The notes below the pieces were generated by a model that did not search any database, had not been told where the DNA came from, and saw only the letters and a list, made by a program, of their open reading frames with translations. A program made the position numbers and the translations under genes. Below are positions 1 through 14,464 of a DNA stretch of 64,000 bases, one piece after another (positions within the stretch are counted from its first letter, which is position 1; each line of letters starts with the position of its first letter). This DNA is from the human T2T-CHM13v2.0 reference genome, Homo sapiens: the NCBI RefSeq assembly GCF_009914755.1, contig NC_060935.1; one strand, 5' to 3'.

Positions 1-987
1 GCAAAAGAAACTACCCTCAGAGTGAACAGGCAACCTACAAAATGGGAGAACATTTTTGCAACCTACTCATCTGACAAAGGGCTAATATCCAGAATCTACA
101 ATAAACTCCAACAAATTTACAAGAAAAAAACAAACAACCCCATCCAAAAGTGGGCGAAGGACATGAACAGACACTTCTCAAAAGAAGACATTTATGCAGC
201 CAAAAAACACATGAGAAAATGCTCACCATCACTGGCCGTCAGAGAAATGCAAATCAAAACCACAATGAGATACCATCTCACACCAGTTAGAATGGCAATC
301 ATTAAAAAGACAGGAAACAACTGGAGAGGATGTGGAGAAATAGGAACACTTTTACACTGTTGGTGGGACTATAAACTAGTTCAACCATTGTGGAAGTCAG
401 TGTGGCAATTCCTCAGGGATCTAGAACTAGAAATACCATTTGACCCAGCCATCCCATTACTGGGTATATACCCAAAGGACTATAAATCATGCTTCTATAA
501 AGACACAGGCACACGTATGTTTATTGCAGCATTATTCACAACAGCAAAGACTTGGAACCAACCCAAATGTCCAACAATGACAGACTGGATTAAGAAAATG
601 TGGCACATATACACCATGGAATACTATGCAGCCATAAAAAATGATGAGTTCATGTCCTTTGTAGGGACATGGATGAAATTGGAAATCATCATTCTCAGTA
701 AACTATCACAAGAACAAAAAACCAAACACTGCATATTCTCACTCATAGGTGGGAATTGAACAATGAGAACACATGGACACAGGAAGGGGAACATCACACT
801 CTGGGGCCTGTTGTGGGGTGGGGGAAGGGGGGAGGGATAGCATTGGGAGATATACCTAATGTTAGATGAAGAGTTAGTGGGTGCAGCGCACCAGCATGGC
901 ACAGGTATACATATGTAACTAACCTGCACATTGTGCACATGTACCCTAAAACTTAAAGTATAATAATAAAAAAAAATAAAAAATAAA
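1..987 (+). mobile_element. Young L1 (L1PA2/L1PA3-like) 3' end: ORF2 C-terminus, 3' UTR and A-tail; the 5' part lies outside the window
   Basis: ORF 22-759 translates to the L1 ORF2p C-terminus ([13 protein letters not shown]...SLIGGN). The 3' UTR has 'atagcattgggagatatacc' and 'cacattgtgcacatgtaccctaaaac', and lacks the L1HS-type 'gagatcacatgg'. Confidence 0.95.
22..759 (+). pseudogene. L1 ORF2p C-terminal fragment, open frame but damaged Cys-rich knuckle
   Basis: Reads '[20 protein letters not shown]' where the canonical L1 sequence is '[22 protein letters not shown]'. Confidence 0.9.
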
Positions 988-1020
988 TGTCAGAGCCAAA
1001 AAAAAAGAAAGAAAAAAAAA

Positions 1021-2205
<1,185 letters not shown>

Positions 2206-2242
2206 TTATTAAAACAATTTTTTCTTTTTTTTTCTGTGAGGT

Positions 2243-2839
2243 TGATATGGCTTGGCTGTGTGTCTCCACCCAAATCTCATGTTGAATTGTAACTCCCAAT
2301 GTTGGTGGAAGGACCTGGTTGGGGGAGATAGGATCATGGGCACAGATTTTCCCCTGCCTGTTCTTGTGATAGTGAGTGAGTTCTCATGAGGTCTAATAGT
2401 TTAAAAGTGTATGGCACTTCCCCCTTCACTCTCTCTCTCTCCTGTCACCATGTGGAGATGTGCTTGCTTCCCCTTCACCTTCTGCCATAATTGTAACTTT
2501 CCTCCTGAGGCCTCCCCAGCTATGCTTCCTGTGAGTAAATTAAACTTCTTTGAACAATGAGAATACTTGGACACAGGGTGGAGAACATCACACACCGCGG
2601 ACTGTTGTGGGCTGGGGGGAGTGGGGAGCGATAGCATTAGGAGATAAACCTAATGTAAATGACGAGTTAATGGGTACAGCACACCAACGTGGCACATGTA
2701 TACATATGTAACAAACCTGCACGTTGTGTACATGTACCCTAGAACTTAAAGTATAATAAAAAAAATAAAATAAACTTTTGTGTATAAACTACCCAGTCTC
2801 AAGCAGTTCTTTATAGCAATGTGAGAATGGACTAACACA
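2243..2839 (+). mobile_element. MSTA-like MaLR solo LTR, interrupted by an L1 3' fragment
   Basis: Starts 'tgatatggcttggctgtgtgtctccacccaaatctcat' and ends 'ggactaacaca'. 5-bp TSD gaggt/gagat. Confidence 0.9.
2551..2770 (+). mobile_element. 5'-truncated L1 (about L1PA6/7), 3' UTR only, inserted in the MSTA LTR
   Basis: 'gaacaatgagaatacttggacacagggtg...taccctagaacttaaag' plus A-tail. Approximate TSD 'taaactt' on both sides. Confidence 0.9.
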
Positions 2840-2864
2840 GAGATAGATAGACCATTGCCCATGC

Positions 2865-3335
2865 AACATTATTTGAAAAGACTATTTGCACTTGCTAAGT
2901 AAGTTGTCTTAAAGATGTGTGTATATAATCATGTGTACCTTTTTACGGACTCCCTTGTCTTCCATTAATGTGCTTGTCTATCTTCACATCAATACCATAA
3001 GTATTTTATGATTTTAATGTCATTGAAGATGGGGTTTGATGCTATTGTAAATAGCATCATCTTTTTCTCTATTTCTGCTTCTTCATGATACTTCTTACCA
3101 TCTAGAAAAAACTGTTTTTTAAAGAAGTATGGGACTTATATTTTCAAGCCTTGTTAAGTACATATTTTAGTTCTGATAGGAGTTTTATAGTTACCTTAAT
3201 ATTTTCTGCATAAACAATTCTGTCATCTACAAACTTTCGGAAAATGTTTACTTTTTCTCCAATCTCTGTATGCATTTTACTTATTTTTGCAATGGCTGGA
3301 ACATCTAGTAAAATTTTGAAGAGATGTGGTTGATA
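2865..3335 (-). mobile_element. Highly diverged L1M ORF2 fragments
   Basis: Antisense L1M-like motifs 'gatgctattgtaaatagc', 'ctgtcatctacaaa' and 'ctggaacatctagtaaaattttgaa'. Confidence 0.5.
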
Positions 3336-3757
3336 GTGGTGTACAAGTACTCTATATTCTTCATCTATTTGTCATAGCAATTAATAAAAACAGTTATTAA
3401 ATTTAAAATTATTTTGTCAAATTTTTATTTTAAGTTCAAGGGTACATGTGCAGGTTTGATACATAGGTAAACTTGTGTCATGGGGGTTTGTTGTACAGAT
3501 TATTTCATCACTCAGTTATTAAGCTTAGTACTCATTAGTTAGTTTTCCTGATCTTCTCCTTCCTCCCCCCTCCACTGTCTGATAGGCCCCAGTGTCTGTT
3601 GTTTCCCTCTGTGTGTCCATGTGTTCTCACAATTTAACGCCCACTTATAAGTGAGAATATATGTGGTATTTGGTTTTCTGTTCCTGTGTTAGTTTGCAAA
3701 GGACAATGGCATTCATTTCCCTCCATGTTCCATTCCATGTTCCTGCAAAGAACATGA

Positions 3758-3919
<162 letters not shown>

Positions 3920-6900
3920 TAGTATTCTGTGGTGTATATGTACTACATTTTCTTTACTGAGTCTGCAATTGATGATCATTTAGGTTGATTACATGTCTTT
4001 GCTATTTTGAGTAGTGCTGCAATGAACATATGTGTATATGTGTCTTTATGATACAATTATCTATATTTTGGGGGTATATATCCAGTAATGAGATTGCTGG
4101 GTTGAATGGTAGTTTTTTTTCTAGTTCTTTGAAAAATCACCACACTATCTTCCAAACTGGCTGAACTAATTTACCCTCCACAAACAGCGTATAAGCATTC
4201 CTTTTCTTCTGCAACCTCCCCAGTAACTGTTATTTTCTGATTTTTAATAATAGCTATTCTGACTGATGTGAGATGGTATCTTATTGTGGCTTTTAATTGC
4301 ATTTCTCGAATAATCAGTGACACTGAGCTTTTTAAAAAAATACGTTTGTTGGCTGCATGTATGTTTTCTTTTAAAAAGTTTCTGTTCATGTTCTTTGCTC
4401 ACTTTTTAATGGGATTTTTTAAATCGTAAATTTGTTTAAGTCCTCTATAGATGCTGGATATTAGACCTTTGTCAGATGCATGGTTTGCAAAAAATTTCCT
4501 CCCATTCTGTAGGTTATCTGTTAGTCTGTACATAGTTTCTTTTGCTGTGCAGAAGCTCTTTCATTTAATTAAGTCCCATTGGTCAATTTTTGTTTTTGTT
4601 GCAATTGCTTTTGATGGTTTCATCATAAAATCTTTGCCTTTTCCTCTTTCCAGAATGGTATTGCCTAGGTGGTCTTCCAGAGTTGTTATAGTTTTGGGTT
4701 TAACATTTAAGTCTTTAATGCATTTTGAGTTGATTTTTGTATATGGTGTAAGGAAGGGGTCCTGTGTTATCTTCTGCATATGGTTAGCCAGCACCATTTA
4801 TTGAACATGGAGTTCTTTCTCCGTTGCTGGTTTTTGTCGGCTTCATTGAAGGTTATATAGTTATAGTTGTGAAGCCTTATTTCTGGGCTTTCTATTCTGT
4901 TCCATTGGTCTATGTGTCTGTTTTTGTATAGTATCATGCTGTTTTGCTTACTGTCGCCCTGTAGTATAGTTTGAAGCTTAGTAAGGTGATGCTTCTAGCT
5001 TTGTTCTTTTTGCTAAGAATTGTCTTGGCTATTCAGGCTTTTTTTGTTTCATATCAATTTAAAAATAGATTTTTCTAGTTCTGTGAAGAATTTCATTGGT
5101 GGGTTAATAGAAATAACATCGAACCTATCAATTGCTTTGAGAATAATGACCATTTTAGCAATATTAATTCTTTCTATCCATGAGCATGGAATGTTTTTCC
5201 ATTTGTTTGTGTCATCTCTGATTTCTTTGTGTCATCTCTGATTTCTTTGAGCAGTGTTTCGTAGTTCTCCTTGTAAGAATCTTTTACTTCCCTGGTTAGC
5301 TGTATTCCTAGGTATTTTATTCTTTTTATAAGTATTGTGAATAAGATTGCATTCTTGATTTGGCTCTCAGCTTTGCTATTGCTGGTTTATAGGAAAGCCA
5401 GTGATTTTTGTACATTCCTTTTGTATCTTAAGACTTCGCTGAACTTGTTTATCAGCTGAAGGAGCTTTTGGGCTGAGACTTTGGGCTTTTCTAGATGTAA
5501 GGTTATGTTGTCTGCTAACAGGGATAGTTTGAGTTCCTATATTCCTATTTGGATGCCCTCTATTTCTTCTGCCTGATTGGTCTGGCCAGGACTTCCAATA
5601 CTATGTTGAATAGGAGTGGTGAGAGACGGCATCCTTGTCTTGTGCCAGTTCTCAACGGGAATGTTTCCAGCTTTTGCCCATTCAGTATGATGTTGGCAGT
5701 GGGTTTGTCATAGATGTCTCTTGTCATTTTGAGGTATGTACCTTCAATATCTAGTTTGTTGAGAGTTTTTAACCTGAAGAGATATTAAATTGTATTGAAA
5801 GCCTTTTCTGCATCTATTGAGAAAATAATGTGGCTTTTGTCTTTAGTTCTGTTTAAGTGATGAATCACATTTATTGATTTGCATATGTTGAACCAACCTT
5901 GCATCCCAGGGATAAAGCCTCCTTGACTGTGGTAGATAAATTTTTGATGTGCTCCTAGATTTGGTTTGCCATATTTCGTTGATGATTTTTGCATCAATAT
6001 TCATCAAGGATATTGGCCTGCAGTTTTCTTTCTTTTCTTTTCTTTTTTTTTTTTTTTTGGTTGCATCTGCCAGGTTTTAGTATCAGGATTATGCTGACCC
6101 TATAGAATGAGTTAGGGAAAAGTCACTCCTCTTTGATTTTTTGGAAAAATTTCAGTAGGAATGGTACATGCTCTTCTTTGTACATCTGGTAGAATTGAGC
6201 TCTGAATCTGTCTGGTTCTGGGCTTTGTGGAGTTGGTAGGCTGTTTATTACTGATTCCATTTTGGACCTCATTATTGGTCTGTTCCCGGACTCAAGTTTT
6301 TCCTGGTTCAGTATTGGAAGAGTGTGTGTATCCACGAACTTCTTCATTTCTTCTAGATGTCCTATTTCATGTGTGTAGAGGTGCTCATATTCTCTGATAG
6401 TTATTAGTATTTCTGTCTGATCAGTGGTATTATTCCCTTTGTCATTTCTAATTGTGTTTATTTTTATCTTCTCTCCTTTCTCCTTTATTAATCTAGTTAG
6501 CAGTCTACCTATTAGTTAAAAAAATCCTGCATTTGTTAATGTTTTGAATGGTTTTTCATGCTGCACTCTATTTCAGTTAACCTCTGATTTTCATTATTTC
6601 TTCTCTTTTGCTACCTTTTTATTTTTTTCAGATGTGATGTTCCATTGTCAAATTGAGATCTTTCCAACTTTTTGATGCGGGTACTTAGTGCTATCAATTT
6701 TCTTCTTAACACTGTCTTAGCTGTTTCCCAGAGATTCTGGTATGTTTTATCTTTGTTCTCATTTGTTTCAAAGAACTTCTTGATTTCTGCCTTAATTTCA
6801 TTATTTGTCCAAAAGTTATGGGGGAGCAGATTTTTAAATTTCCATGTCATTGTATGGTTTAGAGCAAATTTCTTAGCCTTGATTTCTAATTTGACTGTTC

Positions 6901-7240
6901 TGTGGTCTGAGTTGTTGTTATTATTTCAGTTTACTGCATTTGCTAAGGAGTGTTTTATGTTCAACATTGTGACTGATTTTAGAGTATGTGCCACCTGGCA
7001 ATGACAGAAATGTGTATTCTGTTTTTGATGGGTGGAGAGTTCTGTAGATGACTATCAGGTCCATTTGATCAAGTGCTGAGAACCAGTCTTGAATATCTTT
7101 GTTAATTTTTTGTCTTGATGATCTGTTTAATACTACCAGTGGGATGTTTAAGTCTCCCACTATTATTGTGTGGGAATCTAAGTCTCTTTGAAAGTCTCTA
7201 AGGACTTGCTTTATAAATTTGGATGTTCCTGTGTTAGTTG

Positions 7241-7261
7241 TATATATATATATATATATAT
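7241..7261. repeat. (TA)n microsatellite inside L1
   Basis: Direct read. Confidence 0.95.
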
Positions 7262-7959
7262 GGCATAGTTAGGTCTTCTTCTTGATGTAAACCCTTTACC
7301 ATTATGTAATGCTGTTCTTTTTTTTTTTTTAGTCTTCTTTTCTTTAATCTTTTTTTGTTGCAATTTCTGATTTCTGTTTTGCATTTGTGTGGTAGATTTT
7401 TCTTCATCTCTTTATCTTGAGCCTTTGGTTGTCATTGCATATGACATAGGTCTCTTCAATATAGCATACCAATGGGTCCTGGTTTTTTATCCAGCTTGCC
7501 ACTCTGTGCCTTTTAACTGGGGCTTTTAGCCCATTTACATTCAAGGTTAGTAGTAACATGAAAGGAGTTGATGCAGTCATCATGATGTTAGCTAGTTATT
7601 ATGCAGACTTGTTTATGTAGTTGCTTTATAGTGCCAATGGTCTGTGTACTTCAGTGTGTTTTGTAGTGGCTGGTAGTGGTCTTTCCTTTCCATATTTAGT
7701 GCTTCCTTCAGGAGCTCTTTTAAGGTATGTCTACTGGTAATTAATTCTTTAGCATTTGCTTGTGTGACAAGAATCTTACTTCTACTTTGCTTATGAAGCT
7801 AGTCTGGTGATACAAAATTCTGGGTTGGAATTTCTTTTCTTTAAGAATGCTGAATATTGACCCCCAATCTCTTTTAGCTTGTAAGGTTCTGCTGGAAATC
7901 CCAAAATATTACCAAAGGTTTTTCTCATTTCTCTCTTTAGTTTCCTCTTTATTTTTTTG

Positions 7960-8570
7960 TATCTTGAATTTCTTTATTAGATACATACATACTTATTTTT
8001 CTAATGTGCTTTGATGAACTTATTTTTTCTATCATTAGGAAATGTTCATTATTCTGAAGTCTATTTCAATATTACAGCCCAGGTTTTTAGAAAATTAATG
8101 TTCAAATGGCTTTTCTACTAACTTTACTTTTATTTTTCTCAGTATTTTTCTTAAATGTTTCTTGTAGATAGCATATTGGTGGATCTTGCTTTCCTATCAA
8201 TATGCTTCTATTTAAATTTACCTCCTTTTTATTTGATTATATATGTATACTATATGCTGTTTCTTTTTTCCTTCCTTTCTTTGTTTTAAACATTGTTTTA
8301 CATTTTTATTTCTTCCCCATTATTTTATCTGTTTTTCCTTCTAATTTCTTCTGCAACTCTAATGATGTATATATGTAGCCTCATTGATACTGGCTCACAA
8401 AGTTCAGGGTTTTCAGCCATTTTTTTGTATTGCATTTTAGGTCATTTCTTTTGCTATGTGGTCAAGTTCACCAATCTTTTCTGCTATGTCTAATCAGCTG
8501 TTAATTTCAGTAGACTTTTTAAAATTTTAGATATTATATTTTTTACCTCTAGATATTCTGATTCTATTAC
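7960..8570 (-). mobile_element. Diverged L1M (L1ME-like) fragments
   Basis: 'tttcttgtagatagcatattggtggatcttgc' and 'caagttcaccaatcttttctgctatgtctaatcagctgttaa'. Confidence 0.5.
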
Positions 8571-8584
8571 ATAAATTACCTTTT

Positions 8585-9322
8585 GTATTAGTCAATTTTC
8601 ATGGCAATAAAAACATACCTGAGACTGGGTAATTTAAAAGACAGGGGGTTTAATTGACTCAAAGTTCTGCATGGCTGGGGAAACCTCTGGAAACTTACAA
8701 TCATGGTGGAAGAGGAAGAGGCACAACTTACATAATGGCAGTTGAGAGAGAGTGAGCAAGAACAGGAATCTGATTTATAAAACCATCAGATCTTGTGAGA
8801 ACTCACTCACTAAAATGAGAACCGCATGTAGGAATCTGCCCCCATGATCCAATCACCTCCTACCAGGCTCCTCCCTCAACAAATGGGGATATGGTAATTA
8901 CAGTTCAGTATAAGGCTTGGGTGAAGACACAGCCAAACCTTATTATTCCACTTCTACCACCTTCCAAATCTTATCTCCTCACACTTCAAAACACAGTCAT
9001 GCCTTCCCAAAGGTCCTTCAAAATTCCAACTCATTTCAGCATTAACCCAAAAGTCCAAGTCCAAAGTCTCATCTGAGACAACACAATTCCCTTCTGCCAA
9101 TGAGCCTGTAAAATCAAAAGCAAGTTATTTACTTTCACAATACAATGGGGGTACAGGCATTGGATAAACGCTACCATTCTAAATGGAATAAATTGGCCAA
9201 AACAAAGGGGCTACAGGGCTCATGCAAGTCCAAAATCCAGCAGGGGAGACATCAAAATTAAAACTCCAAAGTAATCTCTTTTAACCCCATGTCTCACATC
9301 CAGGACATGCTGATGCAAGAGG
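8585..9322 (-). mobile_element. THE1/MST MaLR LTR (8585-8944) plus truncated internal sequence
   Basis: 'tgtattagtc...gagactgggtaattt...cacagccaaacc', followed by MaLR-int 'ctcatttcagcattaacccaaaagtccaagtccaaagtctcatctgagacaa'. Confidence 0.88.
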
Positions 9323-9401
9323 AGAACTTTAGTTGTTTTAAGCTATTCACATCTGTAGCCATTGGCTACTGCAACATAATCTAGCCTGCCCTAACTGGTA
9401 C
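9323..9401 (+). mobile_element. MLT1 LTR 3' end fragment
   Basis: 'gttgttttaagcta...ctagcctgccctaactggtaca'. Confidence 0.5.
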
Positions 9402-10428
9402 AGTCAGATTTATCCATGACAAATTTAAAATACTATCTATGCATACCTTACTCAAATCTATAACATAAAACATAATTTGACAATTTAGTTCATGCATGGA
9501 TTCAAGAACAATTGTTAATTATGGACACTACAGAAATATGAATACAACTTAAGCCATATTTAGTTCTTCATTTTAGAATTTTAATCTATGCTGTTAAACT
9601 TATCAGCTTATAAGTTTTATTTTAAAAGATCTTGCAACTTAATAAACTATAATTTCTACCTAGTAGGCACTTTAAATTTTTAAAGTAACTATTTTCTTCT
9701 AAAAATCCTTCCTTCAAATACCTATCATTATTCAACTATAAAATGTACTGAATGATAACATATTCATTGTACACTTTTTGTTTACTTACCTTATTTATAG
9801 AAATTTTCTGTGTCTCTTCAAAAACTATAAATTCTATTTTAAAAAAGATTGTTCCATTCATTGATGCTTTGCTCTCTAGCTACAGAGATTTGACAATCTT
9901 ACATTGCAAAATAAATTCATATTTAGTTATTCTCTTAAAAGATATAAAATTTAATTCACTTTAGCCCTTCAGCACATTTTGTAACTTACAACAAAATATT
10001 TTGCCTGTTTTTTAAGAAAATACTTTTAATATACATTTAATTTCAATCTCTCTTTTGATAGACAAGGATGGTTCTTCTAGCTGTTACTTTATTCCAGAAG
10101 TCACATAGGCTACCTATAACGAACAGACCTCCTAAAAAAATGTTAAACACTAACCTGGCTGCCTGAGAAGACAGATTAGTGCAAGGTGGTGGTAAGGCAT
10201 TTATTTTTGTCTTCTGAGTTTGTTATTTCTATCTCCATCATCTTTTATCATGTGTTAATTAGTTCCTGACTCATTCTTGTATCTATCTTAAAGAGATAAA
10301 AGAGATGTTTTCTTCTATATTCAAATCTACTGATTGTTTATTTAAGTATTCTTTTTTGTTCTATCTAATTATACTGTTCTTATAAAAGGAGCTTGTGTTG
10401 GAATTGTGCTATGGACACACCATACAAA

Positions 10429-10582
10429 AGCATTAGGAGATATACCTAATGTAAATGATGAGTTAATGGGTGCAGCACACAAACATGGCACATGTATACA
10501 CATGTAACAAACCTGCACATTGTGCACATGTACCCTAGAACTTCAAGTATAATAAAAAAATTAAAAAAATAAAAATAAAAAA
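10429..10582 (+). mobile_element. Severely 5'-truncated L1PA (about PA5-7), 3' UTR and A-tail
   Basis: 'agcattaggagatatacctaatgtaaatgatgagttaatgggtgcagcacac...taccctagaac' plus tail. Confidence 0.92.
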
Positions 10583-12729
10583 CATCTAATTTCAAAAAAA
10601 AATTTTTTCCTAAAAACTATGTTCTTTGGATAATATCTTATACAAGCAGTTTAGATATACTTACTATAAGATATTTTAGAGTACATTAAATGTTCTACGT
10701 CCAAATGTGACTTTTTACTTGGGGGTACAGTGTCCAATGTTTTCTGCAATCATTTGACCTTAGGGTCTTTCATTTATAGAAATCTTGCATAATATTCACT
10801 CTTTAGATCTTCTTTAACAAATAGAATTAAATTAATGGCATCGTATTTCTAAAAGGAGAAAGTACTTTTTTATCATTGAATAAATTATTTGTCACCCAGA
10901 AGGAACATCCTCTTTAACACAAATAGCTCCCTCAGGAGTGAGGTGTGACTGTACCTCCTACTTGAAGGATTGGTAAGATTTATATATCAGTCTGAACTCT
11001 AAAACCACTGAAAACTATATTGTAACAGCTTGCCCTAAAATAAAACTAATTATTTTATCCACACTTGTTATGCAATGTAATGAGAATTGTTCCCACTAAC
11101 TTCAAAAATTATTTACCTCCAATAGTCAGGTTTATTTAATTTCACAGAAAATAGTAGTTCTTTTAAAAAATTTTGTTTTAAAATCCTGCCACTATCCATC
11201 TTGTTAATAGACAATTGTAGTTTGCTGTCTCTATGCAAACTGGCATCTAGTATTTTCCTTTTATTATTCACATCAGATAAACAAAAATCCCATGAGTTTA
11301 TAACTTCTGCCTAAAATATCTCTGGCTTATCAAACAATTGAGATAAATGAGTTTCATTTTCTTTATTCTGAGCTGGGTGGGTAGACATTTATAATATTGT
11401 TCATCTTTTCAGGCACAATTCATTAAGGAGACATACCCAACTCAGAACACCAAAAAAAAATACCCAAGTTTTTCTGACTATATTTTTATATCTTTTCCTT
11501 GGCTTATGTTATAAGCCAGTGTAATATGGGTTTTGACTTTGATAATTGAAGGTGTTTGATATATAATATTTATTTGTTCTCTTTTCTGTCTCAACAAAAC
11601 CAATAAGTATTGTGAGTGCAACATCAAAGTTCATCTGCATTTCTCTAATTTATTTTTGTTCTGGACACTGTTATTCATTTCGTAGATTTCCTTCCACCAA
11701 CCACAAATGCAATTTTCTTTTTGTAGTTACATCATTTTCTTCACCACAATTCCCAAAATGTTGTGATTTGGAGTCTTTATCAAGTCAAAAAATATTAGCA
11801 AGGGAAAGATACTGAACTTCTATAGGAAGTGGAAATCTAAAGGTCTGGCTGTATTAGATAATATTATCTTGACCACTTGCCATCAACATTAATCCTTTCT
11901 GTACTTTTCTGTACATTAAGAAAAAGGAAAATCTAGAAGAAACTGATCCTGGTTTAAACTAGGCATAAGCTAGTAACAGTGAGAATTTGGGGAATGAATA
12001 TGGAGCAGTTGTTCTTCCCTTAGTTCATGGTTTAATGGGTACAATATTGTCTGTTCTAGAATTATTCAAAAAAATCCAAGATAAGCATTTCATTTTAAAT
12101 ATTTTTTTTTATTTCTTTCCTTCTGGAAATTTCTTTGCATCATGCAATAGAATATTTATTTCAGAAAATACCTTTTCTGTTATATTTCAAGCATGGAGCC
12201 AGTGCTTCTATCCCATCATTGATATTCTTAGCATGCAATTTTACAGAATGGCAATTAGGACTGAGAAAGGTCATATAATTTTTCCAACCTCACCAAATAA
12301 ATCAGTATCAGAATTTTCACACTGAAGATTGTGTTTTTCCACTTATTATTGATATTCCAACCCTAGTTCTTTATGAGTAATCTGCTAAGGAAAGGACTAT
12401 ATCTGCATTGAAAATTATTCTTATCATCTAAACTTGCTGGGCTATATATATGGCCCATTTGACTATTCTCCTGAGACTGCTAATCATTTGATTCCTTGTG
12501 TGTAAAACCCAACCTAAATGAAGACTGAAATATTTAATCTGTGAAAGAAACACTATAAGAAAGCAGTGCAATATCATGGATCTGGAAACTGGAATAATAT
12601 CCCAAATCATTGGGTTGTATTTTTGTTTTGATGTAGCTTTATTAAATCTTATAAAGAACAGTTGAAGGAATCAGAAAAATAAGAAAGATATCAGAAAACA
12701 ATAAAGGCTAAAGCAGGCTACATATATCA

Positions 12730-12800
12730 TATAGTCTAACCTTTTATTTTACACACAAGGAAACTACTTCAGAGAGATTGTGCAACTGTCAAAAGGTTTA
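12730..12800 (-). mobile_element. MIR core fragment
   Basis: 'attttacacacaaggaaact...agagattgtgcaactgtc'. Confidence 0.45.
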
Positions 12801-13474
12801 AAAGAGAGTTTGGAAACTTTTGATTTACAACTCAAAGGTATTTAGCAGATACGTAGTATGTTGCTTGTTTCATTGTCTTGGGCATTTTTCTGGTGAGTCA
12901 AAGAGTCAAACAATAATTTTAAGTATCTAATATGAATCTAGCACTGTTCTAGATGTCATAGATCAAGTTTATATATATAGAGAGAGATCTTTAAACAATA
13001 TACATATATATTTATATCTATATATCACTATAGATAAGGATATAAATCAGACGTGGATCAGTCACAAATACAATACCTATTCCAAATATTTCAAACAGAA
13101 AATTATTTATTACAAGAATTCACTTGTTTTCAGGAGACTGAAAGACAGAAGACATAAATGTAAAAACTGCTATTACATCTCTGATTTACAGGTACATTTT
13201 AGGGGATGATAAGTGATGATCTCAGCAGATTCAATCACTAAGTCAGGTAATTTACAAAAAAAATTGTTTATGCAAAATCTCACATCTGCTGAAACCCATT
13301 CATTTGCTTTCAGTAGCCAGAATACAAATATGGGTTTTGCCTCTCATCTTCTTTCCAAATTTTTTAAGCCCAGGGAGCAAACATTAGGTGGTTGAGAAAA
13401 GACATTGACTGATACCAACTAAATTAGTCATACATATCTGCTAGATAATTGAGTTTCCTCTGCAGTGGGTCCCT

Positions 13475-13888
13475 TTACATTTTGTCAATTCCAAGGGATA
13501 CATCCATATTCTTTAGGAAGATTTACTTGTCAACAATTCGCCAGTCCTAGTCTTGGTGAATGTTTTCCTATTTAGATTTTACTACCTTTCTTGCACTTTA
13601 CCTTACCCTCTTCTATATAAATGTCTGTGTGTGTGTGTGTGTGAGTACCTTACCCTCTACTATATATATGTGTGTCTATGTGTATACACAAACACATATG
13701 TGTATGTATACACACAAACACGTATGTGTATGTATACACATATACATTTTGCTAATACATAATTACATGTTGCTAATTCCAAGAGATATATCTGTATTCC
13801 TTAGGCAGATTTACTTGTCAACCATTCTCCAGTCCTAGTCTAGGTATGTATTTCCTGTTTAGATTTTATTACCTTTCTCTTGCTTTAA
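13475..13888. repeat. Diverged direct duplication (about 125-bp core, period about 288 bp), each copy followed by TG/TA microsatellite
   Basis: 'aattccaagggatacatcc...gatttacttgtcaac...ccagtcctagtct...tttagattttactacctttc' at about 13487 and again at about 13775. Confidence 0.9.
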
Positions 13889-13894
13889 CTACCA

Positions 13895-14090
13895 TATGTA
13901 TGTATATGTGTATATATACACATTCATGTATGTATATGTGTATTGTGTATGCATACACACATATGTATATGGGTACATGTAGATATATCTGTATGTATGT
14001 ATATATATACACACACACATATGTAAATACAGATAGATATATCTATACTCACACATATATCTATACGAACACACAGAGAGAGAGAAGGAG
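13895..14090. repeat. Compound (TA/TG/CA/GA) low-complexity microsatellite
   Basis: Direct read. Confidence 0.9.
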
Positions 14091-14464
14091 AGACAGATTT
14101 ATTTGTAGGAATAGGTTTATGTGATTGTGGGGTTTGGCAAGTTCAAAATCTGCAGAGTAGGCTGGCATGCTGGAGATATATGGAAAAGCTGATTTTTGCA
14201 GATTGAGTCTGAAGACTGACTTCACATAGAATTCCTTCTTTCTAGAGAAACTTCAGTTTGTATGTGTGAGTGCTTTCATTAAGGCCTTTAATAGATTGGA
14301 TGAGGCTTACCCACCACCCACATTATAGAGGGTAATCTACTTAGAGTCTACCAGTTGAAATGTCAATCTTCTTTTAAATAATAATCACAGCAGTGTCTTG
14401 ACTAGTGTTTGGCAAAATATCGTGATATCAAGGCCTGGACAGTTAACACATAATTAACCATCAC
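14085..14464 (-). mobile_element. MLT2D-like ERVL LTR
   Basis: 'gattggatgaggc...cacattatagagggtaatct...ctagtgtttggc...ttaacacataattaaccatcac'. Confidence 0.8.

Noticed and set aside
13553-14124. Cys/Tyr/Val-rich ORFs
   Set aside because: Translations of TG/TA microsatellites.
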